Shown: piece after piece, positions 1 to 9,118 of the stretch
Position numbering within the stretch: the stretch's first letter is position 1
Layout of the letters: each line of letters opens with the position of its first letter
Source of the DNA: Candidatus Actinomarina sp.
GTDB taxonomy: Bacteria > Actinomycetota > Acidimicrobiia > Actinomarinales > Actinomarinaceae
Length of the DNA: 64,000 nt
Direction: 5' to 3'
Assembly (NCBI GenBank): GCA_041234785.1
Contig: JBEROH010000015.1
Span: 3,240-67,239, forward strand
Made by a program: the position numbers and the translations under genes
The notes under the pieces: generated by a model
The model's database searches: none
What the model was told of the DNA's origin: nothing
The model's input: only the letters and a program-made list of their open reading frames with translations

Positions 1-47
1 CCAGAACCAATTATCAAAATACTTTTTATATCTTTATTTTTTGGCAT
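1..47 (-). CDS. carB: carbamoyl-phosphate synthase large subunit, N-terminal fragment (continues off the window)
   Basis: The reverse complement of 1-47 reads ATG CCA AAA AAT AAA GAT ATA AAA AGT ATT TTG ATA ATT GGT TCT GG, i.e. MPKNKDIKSILIIGSG, the typical CarB N-terminus. The start overlaps the carA stop by 14 nt. It is absent from the ORF track because it is truncated. Confidence 0.8.
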   Translation of the reverse strand, partial: MPKNKDIKSILIIGS

Positions 48-1134
48 AATAATTTTTCATAAGTTCAATAAATGGATCAAAAATTTGTAAACCATCAGAA
101 GTTCCTGGACCAGACTCAGGATGAAATTGTACTGAGTAAGCTAATGAATCCCAAATGCTCAACCCTTCGTTACTTCCATCATTTAAGTTTGTTGCATAAG
201 TTTCGATTTGACCAAATTTTTTATGTTCAATTCGTCCATTAATTTTTTGGACTGCAAACCAATGATTCTGTGATGTAATTAATGCTTTTTTAATTCCTTG
301 TATTTTTACAGGATGGTTAGATCCGTGATGACCAAAATCAAGTTTTTCAACTATTAACCCACAAGCTAATCCTAATATTTGATGTCCTAAACAAATTCCA
401 AATATAGGCAATGTACCTATTAATTCTCTAACTGTACTTATAACTTGTGTAAGTGATCTCGGATCTCCAGGGCCATTTGAAATTAGCAATCCTTTTAAGT
501 TCATATTTTTTATTTCTTGAGCAGTAATTTGAGGCTTTATAAATACAACTTGAAGATTATGATTTTCTAAAACATTAACAATACTTTTTTTAGTACCTAG
601 ATCAATTATTCCAACTTTTCCTTCAGTAGTATTGAATTTGTTTTTTAAACTACCGGCTGTTAGGGCAGAATTATCTCCAATTATATTTTTCGCTTTTTTT
701 AATTCATTTATAAGTTCTTCTTTATAATTTTCAGTACCTATAGCAAAAATTTGAGACCCATTACTTCTAATATATTTTGTTATAGCCCTTATATCAAAAC
801 CACCACTGTAAGGTATTTCGTATTCATTTAACCAGCTAGTTAAAGATTTTTCATTTCTCCAAGATGATGGATTGCTTGTAAATGAATTGCCTATTGCTGC
901 AGATATTTGAGGAGCACTTGATTCAAAATCTTCCATTGATAAGCCGTAGTTCCCAATGTGAGAGGAAGTAAATGATACAATCTGGTTTATATACGAAGGA
1001 TCGCTTAAAATTTCAACAAATCCAGACATGGCAGTATTAAAAATTAGTTCACCAGTAGTTGGAAATAAATCATGTTCTGACCAGCCATAAAATTCATTGC
1101 CATTTGCGTTGACCAGCAAAGTTTTTTTATACAT
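34..1134 (-). CDS. carA: carbamoyl-phosphate synthase small (glutamine amidotransferase) subunit
   Basis: 366-aa ORF with class I amidotransferase motifs (PIFGICLGHQ, FHPE) and a CarA N-domain. It sits in the pyr operon order. Confidence 0.93.
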   Translation of the reverse strand: MYKKTLLVNANGNEFYGWSEHDLFPTTGELIFNTAMSGFVEILSDPSYINQIVSFTSSHIGNYGLSMEDFESSAPQISAAIGNSFTSNPSSWRNEKSLTSWLNEYEIPYSGGFDIRAITKYIRSNGSQIFAIGTENYKEELINELKKAKNIIGDNSALTAGSLKNKFNTTEGKVGIIDLGTKKSIVNVLENHNLQVVFIKPQITAQEIKNMNLKGLLISNGPGDPRSLTQVISTVRELIGTLPIFGICLGHQILGLACGLIVEKLDFGHHGSNHPVKIQGIKKALITSQNHWFAVQKINGRIEHKKFGQIETYATNLNDGSNEGLSIWDSLAYSVQFHPESGPGTSDGLQIFDPFIELMKNYYAKK

Positions 1135-2185
1135 TAAATAACTCTTTTCTAATCAAAACTTTGGTATTTTCAAATGTAGAATTTTTATATGAAGTTTTTG
1201 TAGTAAAGGATGTTTCAGTTTTTAACCAAGATATTTTATTGGTTTTGGCAACTCTATAACCCAGCTGTTTGAGAATTTTTTTAGGGTTAATGTGTAGAAA
1301 AGTAATTAATTCATCGAGTGAAAATAAACCAGAAGAAAATAATACTGGGAAAGTAGATTCTAAACCAACAACTCCTCTTGCCGCCTGTTTAAAATTTATA
1401 TTTTTACTTTCTTTTGGATGTGGGGCATGGTCAGTAGCTATTACATCAACGACCCCATCTTTGAGTCCTTGAACTAGTGCATTTCTATCTGATTCACTTC
1501 TTATCGGAGGGTACATTTTATAAGTTCCATCAGTAAAAGTAATATTTTCATTACTGAGCAACAAGTGATGGGGGCTAACCTCTGTAGTGACTGGTAAGCC
1601 TAACTTCTTAGCTCTTGAAATCATGTCTAAACTTTTTTTTGTTGAAATATGTTGTGCGTGATATCTAGTTTTATATTTTTCAACAAGTTTCAAATCTCTT
1701 TCTAGTATTTTTAGTTCTTCCTCTTCGTAAATTTCAATTAATTCATTATTCAATTTTGGAGGAGCAATATCACCGGGATTAGAGTGGCAATTTAATTCAC
1801 AATGTTGAAAAATACCACAATCAAGCTTTGCTAATGTTTTAAATGATAAATCTGCAAGTTCATCATTTATTAATGATTTTCCGTCATCAGAGAAAATTCT
1901 AATTCCTTTATCTGCAAATTCTTTATAGTTAACAAGTTCATTTCCATTTAAATTTTTTGATAGAGCTGCGACCCTATGTATTTTTAGATTTAATTTCATA
2001 TCAATTTCTTTTGCAACTGATAAATTTTCAATACTATCAATAATGATTTCAGAGTTTGCCATAGCTAAAATGTCTGAATAACCACCGTACTTTGCTGCTT
2101 TTTCAATTTCCCTATATTGAAAATTGTCATTATCCGGATATCTTGTATGGGTATGTAAGTCAATAAACGATGGAGTACTGATCAT
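1127..2185 (-). CDS. pyrC: dihydroorotase
   Basis: 352-aa ORF with amidohydrolase metal ligands (DLHTHTR, ATDHAPH). It lies between pyrB and carA with 4-8 nt overlaps. Confidence 0.88.
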   Translation of the reverse strand: MISTPSFIDLHTHTRYPDNDNFQYREIEKAAKYGGYSDILAMANSEIIIDSIENLSVAKEIDMKLNLKIHRVAALSKNLNGNELVNYKEFADKGIRIFSDDGKSLINDELADLSFKTLAKLDCGIFQHCELNCHSNPGDIAPPKLNNELIEIYEEEELKILERDLKLVEKYKTRYHAQHISTKKSLDMISRAKKLGLPVTTEVSPHHLLLSNENITFTDGTYKMYPPIRSESDRNALVQGLKDGVVDVIATDHAPHPKESKNINFKQAARGVVGLESTFPVLFSSGLFSLDELITFLHINPKKILKQLGYRVAKTNKISWLKTETSFTTKTSYKNSTFENTKVLIRKELFNV

Positions 2186-3060
2186 TGTATTCCTAATGCA
2201 TAAAGATATGACACAATACGTGTTGGCACGGTAAGCTTTAACTGTTCGTTGTAAATGAATCTGTAGTCTTTAGAAGCATCTTCAGAAATTTCGATACCAA
2301 TATTTATAGGCATTGGGTGTAATATTACAAAATCTTTTTTTGCATTTTTTAATATTTTTGATGTTAATTGGTACTTTTTAGTGTAGGTTTTGAAATCAAA
2401 ATCTTGTAAATTATGTATCCGTTCCTTTTGAACACGCAGAAGTTCAATAGAATTGGAATTTTCAAATATTTCATTCCAATCTGAAAACTTATGTAAACCT
2501 TTTAAATTTTCAGGCATTAAGTTGTCGCTAGTGAACACACCAACTTTATATCCAAGTTTATTGATCAGTTCTCTTCCGGAATTAAAAACTCTAGAGTGTT
2601 TTAAATCACCAATGTATGTTATAGGTATCTCTTTATTTAATAGATTAAATTTTAATAATGTTGCTACGTCTAATAATGCTTGAGTTGGATGTGAAGTGGT
2701 ACCAAAGCCTGCACTAATAACACTTAGATCATTCAATGACTTATAGTCTTCTATATTATTTTCTTTTGTTCTAATAACTAATACATTTATACCCAATCCT
2801 TTATAAGTTTCGATTTCATGCATTAAGCTTTCACCCTTAGACAGCGCAGATATATTATTAGATGTTTCTAAAACTTTTATACCAAGTTTTTGAGCAGCTG
2901 CTGAAAAAGACAATCTAGTTCTGGTTGAACTTTCATCAAATTTCAACAGTGCAAATGAATTAATTATATTTAATTGATCTTGATCGATATTTATTATTTG
3001 ATTTAAAAGTTGTTCTAGTTTTGAATTATAAATATTTTCAAAATCTAGTAGATGATTCAT
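2182..3060 (-). CDS. pyrB: aspartate carbamoyltransferase catalytic subunit
   Basis: 292-aa ORF with the STRTR carbamoyl-phosphate motif plus HPTQ and HPMP motifs. Confidence 0.93.
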   Translation of the reverse strand: MNHLLDFENIYNSKLEQLLNQIINIDQDQLNIINSFALLKFDESSTRTRLSFSAAAQKLGIKVLETSNNISALSKGESLMHEIETYKGLGINVLVIRTKENNIEDYKSLNDLSVISAGFGTTSHPTQALLDVATLLKFNLLNKEIPITYIGDLKHSRVFNSGRELINKLGYKVGVFTSDNLMPENLKGLHKFSDWNEIFENSNSIELLRVQKERIHNLQDFDFKTYTKKYQLTSKILKNAKKDFVILHPMPINIGIEISEDASKDYRFIYNEQLKLTVPTRIVSYLYALGIQ

Positions 3061-3566
3061 CCTTTAATATCGATTCTATCTATATTATCAATTTCACTTA
3101 GAAGAACTGAAACGTATTCATTTTCTTTTGTAGGTATATTTTTTCCAACAAATTTAGGAGTTAGTGGTAATTCTCTATGTCCTCTGTCAACCAAACATAG
3201 AAGTGAAATTGATTTAGGTCTGCCAGAATATATAACCGCTTCAATAGATGCACGTAACGTTCTGCCGGTATAGATAACATCATCAACTAAAATTATATTT
3301 CTATTATTAGGTGAATAAAAAAGTTTAGTTTTTTGAACTTCATAATCTAAGTCATCTCGAAAAGGATGATAGTTAATTTTTTCAAGATTATGCTCGTATC
3401 CAAAACTTTTTAAAAATACAGATATTCTATTAGCTAATATATCACCTCTTCTTGGGATTCCAAGGATTAGTGGATTATCAAGATTGGTCTCAACAATTTC
3501 TTTACTTAGTCTATAAAGAATTTTTTCAATATCCATTTTTTTCCTTTTGATGCTCACTGACATCAT
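3057..3566 (-). CDS. pyrR: bifunctional pyrimidine operon regulator / uracil phosphoribosyltransferase PyrR
   Basis: 169-aa ORF with the PRTase motif ILVDDVIYTGRT, first gene of the pyr cluster. The true start may be the internal Met (MDIEKIL) near 3536. Confidence 0.88.
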   Translation of the reverse strand: MMSVSIKRKKMDIEKILYRLSKEIVETNLDNPLILGIPRRGDILANRISVFLKSFGYEHNLEKINYHPFRDDLDYEVQKTKLFYSPNNRNIILVDDVIYTGRTLRASIEAVIYSGRPKSISLLCLVDRGHRELPLTPKFVGKNIPTKENEYVSVLLSEIDNIDRIDIKG

Positions 3567-3612
3567 TTAAAGTCTTTTTTATAATAGCAAATATAAAATA
3601 ATTTATATTATT

Positions 3613-4557
3613 TTAACGATTTTCTTTGAAGAAAGGTATGCCGATATTTTTAGGTGCTCCACTATTTCCTTTTTTAAATATAGTAAGAACAATTAAAACA
3701 ACGATAGTAATTATATAAGGTGCAATTTTTATTAAATAAGGACTAACTTCAAAACCATAAGTCTGTAACCTTGGTCCTAATGCTTCAAGAAATCCAAATA
3801 AAAGAGCACCAAAAGCTGTTCTTAGGGGCTTCCAGCCACCAAAAATTACTAAGGCCAATGCTATCCAGCCCCTTCCTGATGTCATACCATCTGACCAATA
3901 CGGAACGTAGCTGAGTGTAAGATAAACTCCAGACAATCCCGCAAAAGCACCGCCAACACAAGTTGCAACAAATTGAGTTTTACTTATATTCAAACCCATT
4001 GAATTAGAAGCTTTCAAATCTTCTCCAACCGCTTCAACTCTTTTGCCAAACAACGTATTGTTGAATATAAATGAAACAATAATTAAAAGTATTATTGCTA
4101 TATAAAAAACAAAATTTTGGGAAAGGAGTACTTCTAATATTGAATTAGGCTCGCTTGCACCTCTAAAATTATATATTTTTACTTCTAGCTTTTTTCCGAC
4201 ATAAGATTTACCAATCATTGAAGAAAGTGATATTCCTAGAATTGTTAATATTAAACCGGATACAGTTTGATCTTGTTTTAGAATAACAGTTACAAACCCA
4301 TGAAGTGATGAAAAAATTGAGGCACTTAGAACTCCGATAATTGCAGCCAATAAAATATTTTCAGTATTAATTGCAGTTATAAATCCCATTACTGCACCAA
4401 TTGAAATCATTCCTTCAACTCCAAGATTTAAAATACCTGCCTTTTCTGTTATTAATTCACCAAGTGCAGCAATAAATAACAAAGTTGCTGCTTGTAAGGT
4501 TGCGTTTAGTAATCCTAAAAACTGAATGTCAAACATCTTGAACCTTTTTAACTTCAT
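3613..4557 (-). CDS. ABC transporter permease (BMP/nucleoside-type importer)
   Basis: 314-aa polytopic membrane ORF, last gene of an SBP-ATPase-permease-permease operon. It resembles the sugar/nucleoside ABC permease family. Confidence 0.85.
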   Translation of the reverse strand: MKLKRFKMFDIQFLGLLNATLQAATLLFIAALGELITEKAGILNLGVEGMISIGAVMGFITAINTENILLAAIIGVLSASIFSSLHGFVTVILKQDQTVSGLILTILGISLSSMIGKSYVGKKLEVKIYNFRGASEPNSILEVLLSQNFVFYIAIILLIIVSFIFNNTLFGKRVEAVGEDLKASNSMGLNISKTQFVATCVGGAFAGLSGVYLTLSYVPYWSDGMTSGRGWIALALVIFGGWKPLRTAFGALLFGFLEALGPRLQTYGFEVSPYLIKIAPYIITIVVLIVLTIFKKGNSGAPKNIGIPFFKENR

Positions 4558-5587
4558 ATGTAAAGAAAAACTGGATTATTAATGCTCCGAAAAGAGTAGA
4601 TGCTTGAATAATTTCTGCTAAGTAAGAACTCACTCCAATTGTCTGAATTACCGATCCTCCTATTGAAAGTGCTCCAAAAAGTATGCCTACTAAAAAAATT
4701 CCTATTGGTCTCATTCCTGTTATTGCTGCAACAATAATTGCAGTGTATCCAAATCCTTGAGAAAGCCCTGTTGAGACACGATGAGTTTGACTTAGAAGCT
4801 CAATTGCACCAGCTAATCCAGCAAAACCACCACCAATCAACATTGCTATAAAAGCAACTTGTTTTGATTTAATACCAGCATATAGAGCTGTTAATTCTGA
4901 ACCACCAGCAATTCTTAATTCATAACCAAAGACTGATTTTTCTTTTAAATAATAAGCTATAAAAGTGAAGAAGATACAAATTAGGAATCCAGAACTTAAT
5001 TTACTTGTAATGATAGGAAGATAAACTGACTTATCAACATATGCTGCTGCAGGAAAATTTAATGAATTCGGATCTTTCCAAACTCCATTAACTAAGTAAA
5101 GAGTTAAACCAATAACTATATAATTAGTTAATAAAGTAGTAATAATTTCATTTACTCCAAATATAGTTTTTGCCAATGCAGGAATTAATATACAAAAAGA
5201 ACCTCCTATAAATCCCGAAACAAGAAGAACTAAAATAAATACATTAGAATTACCAATTGCAAGATTTATATAAACAAAATTAAGTGCTATAGCACCCATA
5301 AATATTTGTCCTTCTGCACCTATATTCCAAAGCTTGACAGAATTAATAATTGAAATTCCTAAACCTGCCAAAATAAGGGGAGTAGCCTTATTTAATGAAT
5401 TGCTTAGACTGTTTAAGCTACCTACAGAAAGTTTGATCATTAATGAAAACACATCCAATGGGTTTTTTGATTGTAAAAAAAGTATTATTGAACCAATTAA
5501 AAAAGCAATAATAAGTCCAAATAAAAAAGAATAAAAAGTTGATAATTCATTTGCTTTTAACTTTTTTGTAAGAATGTATTTATTCAT
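4529..5587 (-). CDS. ABC transporter permease (BMP/nucleoside-type importer)
   Basis: Polytopic membrane ORF. The track start (5605) is a TTG. I prefer ATG at 5587 (MNKYILTKK...), which overlaps the ATPase stop by 8 nt. Confidence 0.85.
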   Translation of the reverse strand: MNKYILTKKLKANELSTFYSFLFGLIIAFLIGSIILFLQSKNPLDVFSLMIKLSVGSLNSLSNSLNKATPLILAGLGISIINSVKLWNIGAEGQIFMGAIALNFVYINLAIGNSNVFILVLLVSGFIGGSFCILIPALAKTIFGVNEIITTLLTNYIVIGLTLYLVNGVWKDPNSLNFPAAAYVDKSVYLPIITSKLSSGFLICIFFTFIAYYLKEKSVFGYELRIAGGSELTALYAGIKSKQVAFIAMLIGGGFAGLAGAIELLSQTHRVSTGLSQGFGYTAIIVAAITGMRPIGIFLVGILFGALSIGGSVIQTIGVSSYLAEIIQASTLFGALIIQFFFTYEVKKVQDV

Positions 5588-7073
5588 TAATACCTGCCAT
5601 AGCAAGACCTAATTTTTCAATAGAAAATTCTTCTAATGAAAATTCTTTTATTATAGTACCTTCAAACATGACTATGATTCTGTCGCTTAATTTAAATAAT
5701 TCATCAAGATCTTCCGAGAATAACATTATTGCAGATCCCTGATTTCTTTGTTCTACTAATAATTTGTGAATTGCTTCAACTGCATTGAAATCTAATCCAC
5801 GAGTTGGTTGAGAGGCAACTATTACATCCGGGTTTGAAATTAACTCTCTACCCATTAAAAGTTTTTGCATGTTACCTCCAGAAAGTGTAGATATTTCTGC
5901 TTTTACGTCTGGAGCTTTAATAGCAAATTGATTAATTAAACTACTAAGATAAGTTTTTAATTTTTTCGAGGACAAGTGTGGGCCATACCTTGCTTTAAAA
6001 TATTCTTTTATTGCTGAATTATCTAAAACAGAAACTCCTGGAGCTAATCCTACACCAAGTCTATTTTCTGGAATATAAGAGAGCTTTAATTTTTTCCTAG
6101 ACTTAACACCTTTCTTAGAAACATTAATATTGGAAATATAAATTGAACCTTTGTAATTCTTTATCAGCCCACATATTACATTTGCAAGTTCTACTTGTCC
6201 GTTCCCAGAAACTCCTGCAACGCCGAGAATTTCCCCACTTTTTATTTCTAGAGAAATATTATTTAAAATTTCAAAGTTTTGATTTGAATAAAGAGAAAGT
6301 TCTTTAACCTCCAACTTTGAACGGCCTTTAATGTTATCTTTTTTAATTTCGCTCCTATTAATTTCACCCATCATAAGTTGAATTAAATCGATATCTTTAG
6401 TTGCAGATGTTGTTAAATTTTGAGCAACCATATTGCCATTTTTCAAAATATAGATTTTATCTGTAAATTCTCTAATCTCTTTCAACTTATGAGTTATAAG
6501 GACTATTGTTTTTTTTTCTGATTTGGATAATATTTCTAGAGAGAGTTTTAGCTGTTGTGTTTCCTGTGGTGTTAAAACAGCTGTAGGTTCATCCAGTAAC
6601 ATAATTGAACTATTGTTAAATAATAATTTAATAATTTCAACTTTTTGTTTCTCTCCAACTGAAAGTTCGGAAATATATTTTGAAGATTTTAAATTTAATG
6701 CAAAAATTTCTGAGTATTTTTGATAGATTTGCTCAAAATTATTTTGAAACTTGTTTGATTTAGATAATATAAGATTGTCTTTAATAGTAAAGTTTTCAAT
6801 TAATCTGAATTCTTGGTGCACCATACCTATCCCGTAATTAGATGCAATTTCAGGATTAAGTTTTTTAATTAAAGTGTCTCTAATTTGAATAATGCCGCTA
6901 TCTGGCATGTATATGCCAGATAAAATATTCATCAGAGTCGACTTACCAGCTCCATTTTCTCCGAGTAGCCCATATACTATTCCTTCCTCTAGAGAAAAGT
7001 TCACTTTGTTTAAAGCTTGAACATTTCCAAACTTCTTAGAAATATTTTTAACTTGTAAAATATATTTATTCAT
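5580..7073 (-). CDS. ABC transporter ATP-binding protein with duplicated ATPase domains
   Basis: 497-aa ORF with Walker A GENGAGKST, a second P-loop GVSGNGQ, and LSVGEKQ / LSGGNMQ signature motifs. Confidence 0.9.
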   Translation of the reverse strand: MNKYILQVKNISKKFGNVQALNKVNFSLEEGIVYGLLGENGAGKSTLMNILSGIYMPDSGIIQIRDTLIKKLNPEIASNYGIGMVHQEFRLIENFTIKDNLILSKSNKFQNNFEQIYQKYSEIFALNLKSSKYISELSVGEKQKVEIIKLLFNNSSIMLLDEPTAVLTPQETQQLKLSLEILSKSEKKTIVLITHKLKEIREFTDKIYILKNGNMVAQNLTTSATKDIDLIQLMMGEINRSEIKKDNIKGRSKLEVKELSLYSNQNFEILNNISLEIKSGEILGVAGVSGNGQVELANVICGLIKNYKGSIYISNINVSKKGVKSRKKLKLSYIPENRLGVGLAPGVSVLDNSAIKEYFKARYGPHLSSKKLKTYLSSLINQFAIKAPDVKAEISTLSGGNMQKLLMGRELISNPDVIVASQPTRGLDFNAVEAIHKLLVEQRNQGSAIMLFSEDLDELFKLSDRIIVMFEGTIIKEFSLEEFSIEKLGLAMAGINE

Positions 7074-7123
7074 TTAATGAAATTCATACACTCCAGTTGC
7101 CCGGAGTGTATGAAAAATTAAAA

Positions 7124-8131
7124 CTATGGATTTACAGTTCCAATTACGTTGTCAATAAATGAATCTTCAACTATTGGAGGATCAAAAGAACCAGAGATAA
7201 TCTCATCAGTTCTTTGAGAGATCAAGCTTACTGTTTCTGAAGGAACATCTGAAGATAGTTCATATAACGAAACTAACCCTGTTTCCATTCCTCCCCAATA
7301 TGCTTCTGGTGTGAATTCTCCATTAATTATTGATTCAATAACTTCAACATAATATGGACCCCAGTTCCAGACAGGTGCTGTTACGAAGGCTCCAGGAGCA
7401 GCATCCTTTCCGTAGGCTGTATTATAAGATATCCATTTTGCACCTGCAGCCTCAGCAGCTAAACCTGTTGATGGTGAGTCTTGATGTTGTGCTAAAACAT
7501 CTGTACCAGTTTCTAAAAGTGCATTTGCAGCTTGGGTTTCTGCTTCTGGTCCAAACCATGTAAAAGTCCATACAACTTCGACGGTTGCATCTGGGTTGAC
7601 TTCTTTTACACCAGTGGCAAAAGCATTAATACCTCTGATAACTTCTGGAATTGGAAATGCTGCAACATACCCAATTTTGTTAGATTCTGTTAGCGCACCT
7701 GCTGCTAAACCTGATAGATATCTTGGTTGATACATTTTTCCAAAATAATTACCAAAGTTTGTATCGTTCTTTAGATAACCTGAGCAATGTAAAAATATTA
7801 CATCAGGATATTCCTCAGCCATTTCAGCCATAGCATCAAGATAACCAAAAGTAGTACCAACAATAATGTTGTAACCTTGTTCAATGTATGCTTCGGCAAC
7901 TGTTCTGAATTCTGTAGCATCTTCTGGAACAAGCTCTGTATAAGCTGTTTGAATTCCAGTTTGTTCTACGAGAAATTGTCTACCTACATCATGTGCTTGA
8001 GACCATCCACCATCGTCTGCTGGACCTACATACACAAATGCAGCTTTGTAATCATCTACGGATGTGGCTCCACCACATGCCATAGTAAGAATACTGATAA
8101 TAATTAGGCCTACCGCCCAACTTCTTCGCAT
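7124..8131 (-). CDS. BMP-family (PnrA/Med-like) ABC substrate-binding lipoprotein, probable nucleoside binding
   Basis: 335-aa ORF with a signal peptide ending in ...LTMAC and a BMP-family-like sequence. A strong SD (AAAGGAGGTAAGG) sits upstream on the minus strand. The gene is noticeably GC-richer than its neighbours. Confidence 0.88.
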   Translation of the reverse strand: MRRSWAVGLIIISILTMACGGATSVDDYKAAFVYVGPADDGGWSQAHDVGRQFLVEQTGIQTAYTELVPEDATEFRTVAEAYIEQGYNIIVGTTFGYLDAMAEMAEEYPDVIFLHCSGYLKNDTNFGNYFGKMYQPRYLSGLAAGALTESNKIGYVAAFPIPEVIRGINAFATGVKEVNPDATVEVVWTFTWFGPEAETQAANALLETGTDVLAQHQDSPSTGLAAEAAGAKWISYNTAYGKDAAPGAFVTAPVWNWGPYYVEVIESIINGEFTPEAYWGGMETGLVSLYELSSDVPSETVSLISQRTDEIISGSFDPPIVEDSFIDNVIGTVNP

Positions 8132-8172
8132 CCTTACCTCCTTTTCATAAAATTAATTATAGAAGAGAGTCC

Positions 8173-8188
8173 AAATACTTAAGTATTT
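8173..8188. promoter_or_regulatory. perfect 16-bp palindrome AAATACTTAAGTATTT in a divergent promoter region (candidate operator)
   Basis: Read directly from the sequence. It lies 11 nt upstream (minus-strand sense) of a TATAAT box (plus coordinates 8155-8160) that precedes the SBP gene SD, and upstream of the divergent PRTase gene. Confidence 0.25.
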
Positions 8189-8250
8189 TGAAGCATAAAT
8201 AATAATTTTTTCAAAGAGAATTACGATTAAAAAAAGTTAGAATTTAACAA

Positions 8251-8715
8251 ATGGAAAAGTTAATTTATACATGGAAAGAGCAAGTTGAAGATACTCTTGA
8301 AATTTGCAACAAAATTGAAAAAGATAATTTCACTCCAGATGTTATTGTAGGCGTAAGCAGAGGTGGTTTAATACCTGGGGTAATGATGTCTCATAAATTA
8401 GGTATACCATTTAAACCAGTTCATGCTTCCACAAGAGACTTTCCCCACTGGGAAAACTACTTACCTAAAGCCAATGATTCAAAAGTATTAATCGTTGATG
8501 ATATTTGTGATAGTGGAGAAACTTTTGTGAGATTGTCTTCTTACATTAAAGATAATATTAATCATGAATGTGATGTTAGATTTTCAGCTCTATGGTGGAA
8601 TAATGAGAGCGAATTTAAGCCACACTATTTTGCCAAAGATATGGCAAAAGATTCAAATAATGTATGGATATTTTTCCCACATGAAAACTGGTGGGAAGAT
8701 GGTTCAGTCAGCTAG
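8251..8715 (+). CDS. purine phosphoribosyltransferase (Gpt-like xanthine/guanine PRTase)
   Basis: 154-aa ORF with the PRPP motif VLIVDDICDSGET. The VGVSRGGLIPG segment and overall length resemble E. coli Gpt. Confidence 0.8.
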   Translation: MEKLIYTWKEQVEDTLEICNKIEKDNFTPDVIVGVSRGGLIPGVMMSHKLGIPFKPVHASTRDFPHWENYLPKANDSKVLIVDDICDSGETFVRLSSYIKDNINHECDVRFSALWWNNESEFKPHYFAKDMAKDSNNVWIFFPHENWWEDGSVS

Positions 8716-9117
8716 CTTAGAAGCAAACTCTTTAATTGTTTTAAGCATACTAAAAGCACCGTTTCTTCTGGCTGGACTTAATATTATTCCCAATTCAAAC
8801 TCTTCCATAAGGTCAATTTTTGAACTTACAATATCTTTTGCAGGTTCATCTGAATAAATTGAAGCAATTAAAGTTACTAAACCTTTTGCAATTAGTGCGT
8901 CAGAATCACTTTTAAAAAACAATCTGTTGTCCTTTTCTTCAGGAACTAACCATACTTGGCTTTGACATCCACTTACTTTAAACTCATCTCTTCGAAGCTC
9001 TATTGGAAAGTCTGTATTAGATTTAGCTTGTTCAATTAAATATTTATATTTTTCTTGTGGATTTGGAAATATAGATAAAATATTTTTATACTTTTGGACT
9101 TTTTCTTCAATACTCAT
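8704..9117 (-). CDS. sufE: SufE-type cysteine desulfuration (sulfur acceptor) protein
   Basis: 137-aa ORF with the SGCQSQVWL active-site cysteine motif, located immediately downstream of sufS. Confidence 0.85.
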   Translation of the reverse strand: MSIEEKVQKYKNILSIFPNPQEKYKYLIEQAKSNTDFPIELRRDEFKVSGCQSQVWLVPEEKDNRLFFKSDSDALIAKGLVTLIASIYSDEPAKDIVSSKIDLMEEFELGIILSPARRNGAFSMLKTIKEFASKLAD

Positions 9118-9118
9118 A

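Noticed and set aside
3567-3612. Possible PyrR-binding attenuator RNA upstream of pyrR-pyrB.
   Set aside because: The spacer is only 46 nt, almost pure A/T, and lacks the conserved PyrR binding-loop sequence (ARUCCAGAGAGGYU-like) on the transcribed strand.
5566-7073. The ABC ATPase and the adjacent permease both begin with MNKYIL, with about 20 nt of similar sequence (ATGAATAAATAYATT...). This could be a repeated initiation element.
   Set aside because: Several unrelated genes here start with MNK (lhgO, the M23 peptidase). This reflects the AT-rich preference for AAT/AAA codons after the start codon. The similarity ends after six codons.
8564-8857. A 97-aa plus-strand ORF bridging the PRTase and sufE genes. 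Also the 70-aa ORF at 11124..11336 (minus) and the 71-aa ORF at 40263..40478 (minus).
   Set aside because: They overlap the well-supported homologous genes (PRTase/SufE, acyl-CoA dehydrogenase, phosphomannomutase) in other frames and have no motifs. They are most likely spurious.
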